The notes under the pieces were generated by a model. The model worked only from the letters and a program-made list of their open reading frames with translations, was not told the DNA's origin and did not search any database. DNA of 64,000 nt from Leptonemataceae bacterium. GTDB taxonomy: Bacteria; Spirochaetota; Leptospiria; Leptospirales; Leptonemataceae. Made by a program: the position numbers and the translations under genes. Location of the stretch: contig OZ245742.1 of the NCBI GenBank assembly GCA_965227295.1, positions 1,952,001 through 2,016,000 on the forward strand, written 5' to 3'. Shown piece by piece: positions 50,982-60,581 of the stretch (the stretch's first letter is position 1; every line of letters starts with the position of its first letter).

Positions 50982-51811
50982 GGGACATGCAAGCCATCGT
51001 CGGGCACTGTGACATCGTGTTCGTTACTCTCGATACGTTGCGCTACGACGTGGCCGCGGCGGAACTGAGCGCCGGTCGCCTGCCGTCCCTGGGGCGATTC
51101 ATTGCACGCTGGGAGAAACGCCACAGTCCAGGAAACTTTACGTACGCGAGTCACCAGGCGTTCTTCGGCGGCTTTTTGCCGACGCCGGCGGAACCTGGTT
51201 TGCACCCGCGGCTTTTCGCGCTGGACTTTCCGGGCAGTGAAACGACGGCGGAAGGTACTTTTGTGTTTCAGTCGGACAGCATCGTAGCGGGCCTCGCGGC
51301 GGAGGGTTATCATACCATATGCGTGGGCGGAGTCGGTTTTTTCAACAAGCTGCCCGGCCTCGGTTCGGTGTTGCCGGCCTTCTTTCAGGAGAGCCACTGG
51401 TCCCGGGAAACGAGCGTAGTCGATCCGGAGTCCACGCGGCATCAGGTGGATTGGTGCATCCGCCGCCTGGATGAGATCGATGGAAAAGACGCCGACCGCC
51501 GCATCTTTCTCTTCGTGAACGTCTCGGCGATGCACGATCCGAATCATTTTTATCGTGCGGATTACTCCGGCGAAGGCAATCCGGTGCTTCCCCGCAACAG
51601 CATGGACGGCCACGCGGGTGCGCTAAGATACGCGGACCGGGAGTTAGGGCGTTTGTTTGATCGATTGGCGCGGCGGGGGCGTTGGTTTGCCGTCGTTTGC
51701 TCGGACCACGGCACGGCTTACGGCGACGACGGCTACGAGGGGCATCGCAACGGCAGCGAGGTTGTCTGGACGGTACCCTACGCGGACTTCATGATCGAGG
51801 CGACGCCGTGA
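50978..51811 (+). CDS. STM4013-family alkaline phosphatase/sulfatase-superfamily hydrolase
   Basis: TLDTLRYDVA, RHSPGNFTYASH, CSDHGTAYG..GHR. Confidence 0.85.
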   Translation: MRDMQAIVGHCDIVFVTLDTLRYDVAAAELSAGRLPSLGRFIARWEKRHSPGNFTYASHQAFFGGFLPTPAEPGLHPRLFALDFPGSETTAEGTFVFQSDSIVAGLAAEGYHTICVGGVGFFNKLPGLGSVLPAFFQESHWSRETSVVDPESTRHQVDWCIRRLDEIDGKDADRRIFLFVNVSAMHDPNHFYRADYSGEGNPVLPRNSMDGHAGALRYADRELGRLFDRLARRGRWFAVVCSDHGTAYGDDGYEGHRNGSEVVWTVPYADFMIEATP

Positions 51812-53172
51812 ATCAGTTGCATGGTCAGCGTTCCGGGGCGCTTGCTCTCGAAGAAATCCTGCTCCGGCCCGAGCTGCATACGTACCTCTACTCGTATCCG
51901 CACAAACACGCGTATCGCGAACTGGACACGCCGGTTCCTGTACAGGATGCCTGGGCCTCTGAAGATGCCTCCGCGCTGTTTCTCTACGTGCACGTTCCGT
52001 TTTGCGAGAGCCGCTGCGGGTTTTGCAATCTCTTCGCCGTCGCCCGGCCGGAGGAAGGCCTGGTCGAGCGATACGTCGCCGCGTTGCGGCGGGAGTTCGC
52101 GGTCATGCAAGAAGTCGCGGCGCAACGTGCTCCCTGGCGATTCGCGCAGTTCGCTTTCGGCGGCGGTACACCTTCGTTTTTATCCGTGCGGCAACTGGAA
52201 GACCTGTTGTCCCAGGTGCGCGCTCTGGCCGGCGCGATTCCGGGCGGTGTGGAGGTGGCACCGGACAGCGCGACCGCCGATCGCCTGGACGTGCTGCGGG
52301 CGTACGGGATCGAGCGGGTGAGCATCGGCGTGCAGAGTTTCTTCGAGAACGAAACTGCCGCCGTCTTTCGCAGGCAATCCGTCCAGGATGTGCACGGCAG
52401 CCTTCAGCGTATCCGCGATCGCAGCTTTCCGTCGCTGAACATCGACCTCATCTACGGCCTGCCGGAGCAAACCTTGCAGACCTGGCGCGATTCATTGCAC
52501 GCGGCGTTGGAACATGCACCGGAGGAGTTGTACCTGTATCCGCTGTATGTACGCCCGGGTACGGGCTTCGGCAAGCACCACGACGACTATGAGGCGGAAC
52601 GCACACGATTTTACCGGCTCGGCCGCAAACTTCTACTGCACGCAGGTTACCGGCAGATCTCCATGCGTCTTTTTCGCCGGGGGGACGTTACCGATCCGGA
52701 ATCCCGGGAGTACCGTTGCCAGGCGGACGGCATGGTAGGCCTCGGCGCCGGCGCGCGCTCGTATACGCGGTCTTTGCATTACTCCGGTCCGTACGCCGTG
52801 GGGCGGGCGTCCACGGCGAAAATTATTCGGGACTACGTGCATCGCGGCGAAGAGGAGCTGCGCCGGATCACTTACGGCATTCATTTGAACGAACGCGAAC
52901 AGCGGCATCGCTTTGTGATTCTGTCGCTCCTCATGAAGGACGGCCTTTCCCTGACGGACTACCGCAAGCGTTTCGGCCTGGATGCGTGGGATGATTTCAG
53001 CCGCATCCGGGACCTGCGTCGCCTGGTGGACGCAGGCTACGCGGAGGTACAAACATCCACGGAAGAGATCTTACGACTGACCCCGGCCGGCCTGGAGCGC
53101 AGCGACGCCCTGGGGGCCTGGCTCATCTCCGACGCGGTGCGCGCACGTATGGAGGCGTTTGATCTGCGATGA
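51808..53172 (+). CDS. STM4012-family HemN-like radical SAM enzyme
   Basis: YSYPHK, LYVHVPFCESRCGFCNLF, GGGTPS, SIGVQSF, NIDLIYGLP. Confidence 0.9.
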   Translation: MNQLHGQRSGALALEEILLRPELHTYLYSYPHKHAYRELDTPVPVQDAWASEDASALFLYVHVPFCESRCGFCNLFAVARPEEGLVERYVAALRREFAVMQEVAAQRAPWRFAQFAFGGGTPSFLSVRQLEDLLSQVRALAGAIPGGVEVAPDSATADRLDVLRAYGIERVSIGVQSFFENETAAVFRRQSVQDVHGSLQRIRDRSFPSLNIDLIYGLPEQTLQTWRDSLHAALEHAPEELYLYPLYVRPGTGFGKHHDDYEAERTRFYRLGRKLLLHAGYRQISMRLFRRGDVTDPESREYRCQADGMVGLGAGARSYTRSLHYSGPYAVGRASTAKIIRDYVHRGEEELRRITYGIHLNEREQRHRFVILSLLMKDGLSLTDYRKRFGLDAWDDFSRIRDLRRLVDAGYAEVQTSTEEILRLTPAGLERSDALGAWLISDAVRARMEAFDLR

Positions 53173-54065
53173 ACCTCAGCATTCTGTATCGCGGCTCTCT
53201 GGATAGCTGCAACTATGCCTGTCCGTATTGTCCGTTCGGTAAGAATCCCGTGGACCGCGACAATCTACGCATCGACGCGCAACAACTGGAGCGTTTCGTC
53301 GAGCGGATCGCGGAGAACCCGGAGGGCTTTCGGACGATCTCACTGTTCTTCACACCCTGGGGCGAAGCGTTGATCCATCGCAGTTATCAGCGTGCCCTGG
53401 TACGTTTGAGTCATCTAACGCACGTTCCCCGCGTGGCCGCTCAGACGAATCTTTCGTTTCGTCCGGAGTGGCTGGAGGATTGCGACGCGAGGGCGATGGG
53501 TCTCTGGGCGACGTATCATCCCGGTGAGGTCGACGCGGCGCGTTTCGCCCGGAAGAGCCGGCGTTTGCTGGAGATGGGCATTCGCCACAGCGTCGGCGTC
53601 GTGGGAGTTCGTGAGCACTTCCCGGCCATTCGTGACATGCGTGCAGAGCTTTCGCCCGATGTGTACATGTGGGTGAACGCGATCAAACGGCCGGCGCAGT
53701 ACTATGACGCTGCGGACATCGAGTTTCTGGAAGGCATTGATCCGCACGTGCGCTGGAATCTTGAACCGCATGCGAGCTTCGGCCGGGCCTGTCGCACCGG
53801 TGAGAGCGTGGTCTCCGTAGACGGCGCGGGCGAAGTGCGGCGCTGTCACTTTGTTCCGGAGCGTCTGGGGAATCTCTACGAAACATCGCTCCGGGAGATG
53901 CTGCGTCCCCGGGCCTGCACGAACCAGGAGTGCCGCTGTCACATCGGCTACGTGCATCTGGAAGCCTTGCAGTTGGACCGGCTGTACGGGGACGGCATCC
54001 TGGAACGGTTGCCCGCGGCGCACCGAACGTACGGCGCGCCCGTGTCGGGCCTGTCGCGGATTTAA
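53169..54065 (+). CDS. STM4011-family radical SAM enzyme
   Basis: YRGSLDSCNYACPYCPF; C-terminal Cys cluster CRTG..RCHF..C..CRCH. Confidence 0.88.
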   Translation: MNLSILYRGSLDSCNYACPYCPFGKNPVDRDNLRIDAQQLERFVERIAENPEGFRTISLFFTPWGEALIHRSYQRALVRLSHLTHVPRVAAQTNLSFRPEWLEDCDARAMGLWATYHPGEVDAARFARKSRRLLEMGIRHSVGVVGVREHFPAIRDMRAELSPDVYMWVNAIKRPAQYYDAADIEFLEGIDPHVRWNLEPHASFGRACRTGESVVSVDGAGEVRRCHFVPERLGNLYETSLREMLRPRACTNQECRCHIGYVHLEALQLDRLYGDGILERLPAAHRTYGAPVSGLSRI

Positions 54066-54580
54066 GGCCGCTCCAGTTTCAGTAGCGCCGCGTAGGGATC
54101 ACCGTAACTCTCGATTGCAAAGTATTTGCAAAAGGCAGCTTCGGTGCTGAGGCCGCTGCGTTTCAGCGCGCGAATCGCGGCTCGCGCCGCGGCCGGGTCG
54201 TTCGCCGTTTTCAGGAGTTGTCGTTCGATCCGCATATGTCGCCAGGCATACTGTGTCTCTACCGGACGTGCTTCGGCGTAGATTTCGATGCGCGCGCCTG
54301 CGGGGAATTCCGGCGGGTAGTGTGAGATTGTGCGGAAGTTCGCCACACGCGCTTCGTCGCGTTGCCAGGCTGTGAACTCCGGGAACGTTTCGTAGTGCTG
54401 CGCCACGAGATTCGCAAAGGCGTCGAGGTCCGCCGCGTGGCAGATCACATCCAGGTCGCTGTCGGGCAGATCGACGTCCAGCGGGATCGTGCCGGTCAGC
54501 GTGGGATTGTAGGGGGCCAGCACGGTCCACAGGCCGATCTCATCGAGTATCGCGCGGGCGGCGGTTTCGCGGGGCGGCAT
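54062..54580 (-). CDS. DUF4269-family protein (nucleotidyltransferase-like)
   Basis: LTGTIPLDVDLPDSDLDVIC, AWRHMRIE, LKRSGLSTEAAF. Confidence 0.8.
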   Translation of the reverse strand: MPPRETAARAILDEIGLWTVLAPYNPTLTGTIPLDVDLPDSDLDVICHAADLDAFANLVAQHYETFPEFTAWQRDEARVANFRTISHYPPEFPAGARIEIYAEARPVETQYAWRHMRIERQLLKTANDPAAARAAIRALKRSGLSTEAAFCKYFAIESYGDPYAALLKLERP

Positions 54581-54779
54581 GAGTAGAGAGTCAGGGAGCG
54601 ACGGATTGCGTAAAGAAATTGTTCCGGATTATGTCACATCATCGCGACCCGCCCCATCTTACGAAATTTCCCTGGAATCCGCGTTTCTGTACGGGATTTG
54701 CCGTTGACGGGGCAGGCCGGGCGCAAAAGGCTGCCAGTTCTTCTACTATTACAGCAGATCTCTTACGGAACACAGGCAC

Positions 54780-55238
54780 ATGGCCGTCACACTGAAACAA
54801 CAGCGGACGCAATATACCCGCAACGAAGACCTCAAGAAGGACTGGATCCTCATCGACGCGGAGGAGCAAACCCTCGGTCGTCTCGCATCGCGCATCGCGC
54901 ATCGCCTGCGCGGCAAACACCGCCCCGACTACGCTCCGCACCAGGACAACGGCGACAACGTTGTCGTGGTGAACGCGGGAAAAATCAAAGTCAGCGGCCG
55001 CAAGCTCGACCAGAAGATCTACTATGAGCACTCCGGCTACACCGGCGGCATGAAAACGTCCACCCTGCGCCGGAAGCTGAACGAGGACCCCACCTACGCC
55101 CTGAAGACCGCGGTGAAGCGCATGCTGCCCCCCGGTCCCCTGGGACGCCGGCTCCTCGGCAATCTCCGCGTCTTCGCCGGTGAAGAGCACGGTCACGCGG
55201 CCCAGCAGCCCACCCGGATCGACCCGGCGAAACTCTAA
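54780..55238 (+). CDS. rplM: 50S ribosomal protein L13
   Basis: [30 protein letters not shown]. Confidence 0.98.
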   Translation: MAVTLKQQRTQYTRNEDLKKDWILIDAEEQTLGRLASRIAHRLRGKHRPDYAPHQDNGDNVVVVNAGKIKVSGRKLDQKIYYEHSGYTGGMKTSTLRRKLNEDPTYALKTAVKRMLPPGPLGRRLLGNLRVFAGEEHGHAAQQPTRIDPAKL

Positions 55239-55266
55239 GTTATTTTCTCAAGGAACCTTCGCAAAC

Positions 55267-55662
55267 ATGAGCAACGAAAAAGGCATTTTCACCGTAGGAC
55301 GCCGCAAAACCTCCGTGGCCCGCGTCCGCCTCGTTCCCGGCCAGGGCAAAGTCACCATCAACGGCCGCGAAGTGGCCGAGTACTTTCCCATCGGTCGCCT
55401 GGCCGAGCAGGCGGTCCGCCCGCTGAACCTGGTCGGTGTCGCCGATAAGTACGATCTCAAGGTCCGTGTGAGCGGCGGTGGGGTTTCCTCTCAGGCCGGT
55501 GCCGTGGGCATGGGCATCGCCCGGGCGCTCCAGACGCATGCCCCGGAGCATCGTCCGCACCTCAAGAAAGCCGGCGTGCTGACCCGGGACTCCCGTATGG
55601 TCGAGCGGAAGAAGTACGGCCTGCGCAAAGCCCGCCGCGGCACGCAGTTCTCCAAGCGCTGA
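55267..55662 (+). CDS. rpsI: 30S ribosomal protein S9
   Basis: [40 protein letters not shown]. Confidence 0.98.
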   Translation: MSNEKGIFTVGRRKTSVARVRLVPGQGKVTINGREVAEYFPIGRLAEQAVRPLNLVGVADKYDLKVRVSGGGVSSQAGAVGMGIARALQTHAPEHRPHLKKAGVLTRDSRMVERKKYGLRKARRGTQFSKR

Positions 55663-55687
55663 TTTGTATTCACAGCGCTGGTGCGCG

Positions 55688-55726
55688 AAACGCGTCGTTC
55701 TCAGGGACGGCGCGTTTTTGTTTTTA
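55688..55726 (+). terminator. Intrinsic terminator after rpsI
   Basis: AAACGCGTCGTTC..GGACGGCGCGTTTTTGTTTTT. Confidence 0.65.
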
Positions 55727-55829
55727 AAGCGATCGGCGCGATCGGTCAACGATTCGTCAACAGATCGCCACATCCTGACGCTCTGTCGCCGGAAAACACT
55801 GTAAAATAAGGCGTTTTCGAATCCTGACG

Positions 55830-55858
55830 ATGCAACGGAATTGTCATATGGTTGCAAC
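55830..55858 (+). promoter_or_regulatory. Pho-box-like 11-bp periodic direct repeats
   Basis: ATGCAAC-N4-TTGTCAT-N4-TTGCAAC upstream of btaA. Confidence 0.5.
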
Positions 55859-55937
55859 AAAAAGCTTGCGATATTGTCTGATTCTCTAGAATCTCTCCAC
55901 ACACAAAGCTCACAAATACACACAAGGCAGGTTCATC

Positions 55938-57110
55938 ATGGGCACGGCACTCGGTCAGCGAATCGCGAATTACACGCGGGACAAAGTCTTTCGCAGCATT
56001 CACAACAATCACTTAATCTACAACACCAGTTGGGAAGACCCGGCCATCGATCGAAAACTGATGGACATCGGCAAAGATTCTCACATTGTCATGATCACCA
56101 GCGCGGGGGACAACGCCCTCGACTATCTCCTGGATCGTCCGGCGAGCATCAACAGCGTGGACGTGAATCCGCGCCAGAACGCGCTCTTCGAACTCAAACG
56201 TTCGGTCATCAAAAACGCCGAATTCCAGGATCTCTACAAAATGTTCGGCAACGGTTACCACGAAAGCATCGCCGATCTTTACAAAGGCAAACTCCGTGCA
56301 AGTTTACCGGAGTACGCCCGCAAGTTCTGGGACAAGCGCATGAAGTTTTTCAAGCGCGGCGGCCTGAAGAAATCGTTCTACTACTACGGCGGCGCCGGCA
56401 CCCTCGCCTGGCTCTGGCAGGTCTACTGTAAAGTGCACAAGCGCCTGGACCAGAACATCCGCTGGTTGTTCAACGCGCAGACCATGGAAGAACAAAAAGC
56501 GGCTTACGAAAAGCTCGAGCCGATTCTCTGGAACCGCGCGGTAAGCTGGCTCCTCGGTCGTCACATTACCCTGGCCGCCATGGGTGTACCCCGGGCCCAG
56601 CGCGATCTGATCATGAACGGTTTCGAAGGCGGGCTCGCCGGCTTTCTGCGCGACAGTGTGCGTCGCGTCTTCACCGAAGTGCCGGTCACCGAGAACTACT
56701 TCTGGCGCGTCTACGCCACGGGCTCCTACTCTCCGGAGTGCGCGCCGGGTTATCTGCGCGAGAATAACTTCGAAACGTTGCAGGAAACCGTGGACCGCGC
56801 GCACATCCACAACACGACGATGATCGAATTCCTGAAGAACAACCCGCGCGAGTACACGCACTACGTACTGCTCGACCATCAGGACTGGCTGGCCTGGAAC
56901 GATCCGGCCTCCCTGGAAGAAGAGTGGCAGCAGATTCTCCAGAACAGCAAACCGGGCACGAAGATCCTCATGCGTTCCGCTTCGCCGAAGGTCGACTTCC
57001 TCCCGGACTTCGTCCTCGACCGGGTGGACTTCCAGGAAGAAACGAATCTGCACGCCCGGTGCCGCGTAGGTACTTATGCGAGCCTCCTCGTCGGGACGGT
57101 ACAGGCATGA
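55938..57110 (+). CDS. btaA: Betaine lipid synthesis protein BtaA (DUF3419; SAM:DAG 3-amino-3-carboxypropyltransferase)
   Basis: LIYNTSWEDP, ITSAGDNALDY, VDVNPRQ, GVPRAQ, NYFW, LLDHQDW. Confidence 0.88.
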   Translation: MGTALGQRIANYTRDKVFRSIHNNHLIYNTSWEDPAIDRKLMDIGKDSHIVMITSAGDNALDYLLDRPASINSVDVNPRQNALFELKRSVIKNAEFQDLYKMFGNGYHESIADLYKGKLRASLPEYARKFWDKRMKFFKRGGLKKSFYYYGGAGTLAWLWQVYCKVHKRLDQNIRWLFNAQTMEEQKAAYEKLEPILWNRAVSWLLGRHITLAAMGVPRAQRDLIMNGFEGGLAGFLRDSVRRVFTEVPVTENYFWRVYATGSYSPECAPGYLRENNFETLQETVDRAHIHNTTMIEFLKNNPREYTHYVLLDHQDWLAWNDPASLEEEWQQILQNSKPGTKILMRSASPKVDFLPDFVLDRVDFQEETNLHARCRVGTYASLLVGTVQA

Positions 57111-57775
57111 GCGGTGCCACGGCATCCTTTGACGATCGCGCCGGTCAGATCGACAATCTCCGGCGCTACTATAAGTTCCACGCGTTGATCTACGACGCCA
57201 CGCGCTGGTCGTTCCTGTTCGGTCGCACGGCCATCTTGAAAAAACTGCCGTCGGAAGCCGAACTACTTCAGCGCACGGGCAGCAAACAACTGCGCATCTT
57301 AGAAGTCGGCTGTGGTACCGGGAAGAACCTCGCGTACCTCGCCGCTAAGTATCCCCACGCGCACCTTACGGGCATCGACGTTTCGGCGGACATGATCCAG
57401 AAGTCCGCGAAGAAATTACAGGCCCATGCCGATCGCCTGAATCTGCTGGAAGAACCTTACGAAAAAGGCGGCAACGCCGGCGGGGATTTCGATCTCGTGC
57501 TTTTTTCGTACAGCCTGTCCATGATCAACCCGCAGTGGTCCGAGATCCTGGACACGGCCCGGGAAGATCTGAAGCCGGGCGGCCTCGCGGCAGCGGTGGA
57601 TTTTTCGGACACGGCCTTCGGCTGGTTTCGCAAACACATGGCCGGCAACCACGTGCGCGTGGACGGACATTTGTTGCCGGGACTGCGCGAGCGTTTTGCA
57701 CCGATCCTCAATTTTGAGGGCAGCGCTTACCTGGGCATCTGGAAGTACCTCATGTTCATCGGCGAGAAGAAGTAA
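57107..57775 (+). CDS. btaB: Betaine lipid methyltransferase BtaB
   Basis: IYDATRWSFLFGR, LEVGCGTG, FSYSLSMI, VDF; ATGA-coupled to btaA. Confidence 0.85.
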   Translation: MSGATASFDDRAGQIDNLRRYYKFHALIYDATRWSFLFGRTAILKKLPSEAELLQRTGSKQLRILEVGCGTGKNLAYLAAKYPHAHLTGIDVSADMIQKSAKKLQAHADRLNLLEEPYEKGGNAGGDFDLVLFSYSLSMINPQWSEILDTAREDLKPGGLAAAVDFSDTAFGWFRKHMAGNHVRVDGHLLPGLRERFAPILNFEGSAYLGIWKYLMFIGEKK

Positions 57776-57856
57776 GATCGGGCCGACCCGGACCGAGCGC
57801 GTCTTCCGGATTGACAACCATATCTTTGCAGTGAGACTGGCGAGTCTTACGGCCGT

Positions 57857-59692
57857 ATGACCAATATCCTCGGCATTTCCTGCTTCTATCACGACTCCGC
57901 GGCGGCTCTCATTCGGGACGGCAAGATCATTGCTGCCGCCCAGGAAGAGCGCTTCACCCGCAAGAAACACGATCCGGATTTTCCCTTGCACGCCTGCGAG
58001 TACGTGCTGCGCGAGGGCGGCATTACGCAGGCCGACGTGGACGTCGTCGCGTTCTACGATAAATCCTTTCTGAAGTTTGAACGTTTGCTGGAGTCCGTGC
58101 TGGACGGCTGGCACCGGGCGCTGCGCCTGTGGTTGACCGCCGTCCCCTCCTGGCTCGATCACAAGTGGCTCATTAAACGTACCGTCTACGATCGCCTGGA
58201 GGACCTGAACCCGGACGCGCGCTTCGTGTTTCCCGAGCACCACGAGTCCCATGCCGCCGCGGCCTTTTATCCGTCGCCGTTCGAGAAGGCGGCCTTTCTT
58301 ACGATCGACGGCGTCGGCGAATGGGCGACGACTTCCTGGGGCCTGGCCGAGGGCAAGGACGTGCGGATCCGCCAGGAGATCCACTTCCCGCATTCGTTAG
58401 GTTTACTTTATTCAGCATTTACGGCTTACACGGGCTTTAAGGTCAACTCGGGCGAGTACAAAGTAATGGGACTTGCCCCCTACGGCGAACCGAAGTTCGT
58501 GCAGAAGATTTACGATCACATTCTGGATGTAAAACCGGACGGATCGTTTCGCCTCAACATGGAGTACTTCGACTATACCGCCGGCTTGCGCATGGCCAAC
58601 GAAAAGTTCTACGAGGTCTTCGGCGGTCCGCCGCGTAAGTCGGAGACGAGGTTGAGTCAACGCGAGATGGACCTGGCACGCTCGGTGCAGGTGGTGATCG
58701 AAGAGACCGTGCTGAAGCTCGGCAACTACATTCACGAACAGAGCGACGGGATCGAGAACCTCTGTCTGGCCGGCGGCGTGGCTTTGAACTGTGTGGCGAA
58801 CGGCATTCTACTGCGCGAAGGCAAGTTCAAAAACGTCTGGATTCAACCGGCCGCCGGGGACGCGGGTTCCGCCGTGGGCGCGGCGCTCATGGCCTGGCAC
58901 AAGGTTCTCGGCAACGAACGTAAGTTAGCGGAAGCCTCGAAGGTCCAGCAGGGTTCGTACCTGGGCCCGCACTATTCCTCCGACGAGATCCAGGCCTACC
59001 TCGATCGCGAAAACATTCCGTACACGAAGTACGACGATAACCTCGCAGCGGCCCGGGCCACGGCGCAGTTGATCGCCGACGGCAACGTTATCGGCTGGTT
59101 CTCCGGACGCATGGAGTTCGGTCCGCGGGCCCTCGGCGCGCGCAGTATCCTGGGTGATCCGCGCAGCGAGAAGATGCAGTCGACCATGAACCTGAAGATC
59201 AAGTTCCGCGAATCGTTCCGCCCGTTCGCGCCCAGCGTTTTGCGCGAGGATGTCTCGACTTACTTCGAACACGACGGCGACTCGCCGTACATGCTCATCG
59301 TCGCGCCGGTGAAGGAACATTTGCGCAAAGAGATGAGCGCGGAACAGCAAAAACTGTTCGGCATCGAAAAGCTCAACGTTACCCGCTCGGAGCTGCCGGC
59401 GATCACGCACGTGGACTACTCGGCGCGCATCCAGACCGTGGACGGAGAGTTTCATCCGGCCTATTACGAACTCATCAAAGAATTCAAGCGACTCACCGGT
59501 TACGGCGTCGTCATCAATACCTCGTTCAACGTTCGGGGCGAGCCCATCGTCAACACGCCGGAGCAGGCCTACACGTGTTTCCAGCGTACGCACATGGACT
59601 ATCTGGTGCTCGAAAACTTTGTCCTCGATAAACGCGAGCAGCCGGAGCTCGAGGACGACGTCGACTGGAAGAACGAGTTCGAGCTGGACTGA
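57857..59692 (+). CDS. O-carbamoyltransferase (NodU/CmcH family)
   Basis: YHDSAA, QEERF, HHESHAA, GEYKVMGLAPYG, GGVALNC, EFGPRALG, FRPFAP, NTSFN..GEP. Confidence 0.95.
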   Translation: MTNILGISCFYHDSAAALIRDGKIIAAAQEERFTRKKHDPDFPLHACEYVLREGGITQADVDVVAFYDKSFLKFERLLESVLDGWHRALRLWLTAVPSWLDHKWLIKRTVYDRLEDLNPDARFVFPEHHESHAAAAFYPSPFEKAAFLTIDGVGEWATTSWGLAEGKDVRIRQEIHFPHSLGLLYSAFTAYTGFKVNSGEYKVMGLAPYGEPKFVQKIYDHILDVKPDGSFRLNMEYFDYTAGLRMANEKFYEVFGGPPRKSETRLSQREMDLARSVQVVIEETVLKLGNYIHEQSDGIENLCLAGGVALNCVANGILLREGKFKNVWIQPAAGDAGSAVGAALMAWHKVLGNERKLAEASKVQQGSYLGPHYSSDEIQAYLDRENIPYTKYDDNLAAARATAQLIADGNVIGWFSGRMEFGPRALGARSILGDPRSEKMQSTMNLKIKFRESFRPFAPSVLREDVSTYFEHDGDSPYMLIVAPVKEHLRKEMSAEQQKLFGIEKLNVTRSELPAITHVDYSARIQTVDGEFHPAYYELIKEFKRLTGYGVVINTSFNVRGEPIVNTPEQAYTCFQRTHMDYLVLENFVLDKREQPELEDDVDWKNEFELD

Positions 59693-59697
59693 TTTTT

Positions 59698-60381
59698 ATG
59701 ACCGCGGCGGCAGCAGAAAAACGCTCAAAGAAAAAAGTGAAGGGTAGTACCACGCGCGGTTACTACAGCAAGCTGCTCGTGTTCACGCTGATCTTCCTCG
59801 TGATTCAATGGGCGTGGGGTTTTGCCCTGGGGTGGCGCCCGTACTTCTGGATCTTCGCGGCGGTGTGTTTTGTTTTCGCGGTGGTGCCGGCGGTCGGCCG
59901 CCCGTTGCACAGTCTCTGGAACCTCTACCTGGAACGCAGTACCCAGGGCTCACGTTTCTTTCTGGGCACGGCGTGCGTGCTTCTATTGATTGCGTGGTAT
60001 CGTTTTTTCTACATCGCCCTCGGCGAATCTACGGCACGCCTGGCGGATGTGCCGTACGAAGCGTTGTGGCTCTACCGACCGGACGGTGACTATCTCTACT
60101 GGTTCCTCGCGGCTGTGATCCTCGGCGGCGTGAGTTTCTCCGAGCCTGCGGCGAATCGTTTGTTCGATCTCTGGATGAAACTCGCGCTCGCGATTCAGGC
60201 CGTGATGAGTCGTGTTCTCTTGACGTTAGTTTATCTGCTCGGCGTGGTACCATTGGGGCTGGCTGCGCGGTTGGCGGGAAAACGTTTCCTGGTGCGCGAG
60301 TGGGATCCGGAGGCCGCAACCTACTGGATCGATCGCGACGAAAAAGAGTTTACGGAAAAACACTACGGCCGGCATTTTTAA
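59698..60381 (+). CDS. SxtJ-like membrane protein
   Basis: WMKLA..I..VMSRVLL.LVY..VVPLG, TYWIDR, C-terminal RHF. Confidence 0.75.
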   Translation: MTAAAAEKRSKKKVKGSTTRGYYSKLLVFTLIFLVIQWAWGFALGWRPYFWIFAAVCFVFAVVPAVGRPLHSLWNLYLERSTQGSRFFLGTACVLLLIAWYRFFYIALGESTARLADVPYEALWLYRPDGDYLYWFLAAVILGGVSFSEPAANRLFDLWMKLALAIQAVMSRVLLTLVYLLGVVPLGLAARLAGKRFLVREWDPEAATYWIDRDEKEFTEKHYGRHF

Positions 60382-60425
60382 CGATCACGCTTTCTTAGAT
60401 CGGCGGCATTTACGGTTACGTTCGT

Positions 60426-60581
60426 ATGGATATACTCAAAGAGTTCTGGGATTTTCTGAAAGAGCGCAAAAAGATCTGGATCGTTCCGTTGATCCTGATG
60501 CTCGGTGCCCTGGCCTTGTTGGCCGTTGCGGTCGCGGGTTCCGCGCCGGGTCTGGCCCCGTTTATTTACGCGATGTTTTAA
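60426..60581 (+). CDS. DUF5989 (SxtK-like) small membrane protein
   Basis: Not in the ORF track. Manual translation: MDILKEFWDFLKERKKIWIVPLILMLGALALLAVAVAGSAPGLAPFIYAMF (51 aa). Confidence 0.88.
   Translation: MDILKEFWDFLKERKKIWIVPLILMLGALALLAVAVAGSAPGLAPFIYAMF

Noticed and set aside
51808..53172. hemN/hemW (heme pathway)
   Set aside because: HemN-like fold, but the YSYPHK N-terminus and operon context match the STM4012 family
57857..60581. Saxitoxin biosynthesis
   Set aside because: Only sxtI/J/K-like homologs, which are widespread; no sxtA, sxtG or other core genes in the window
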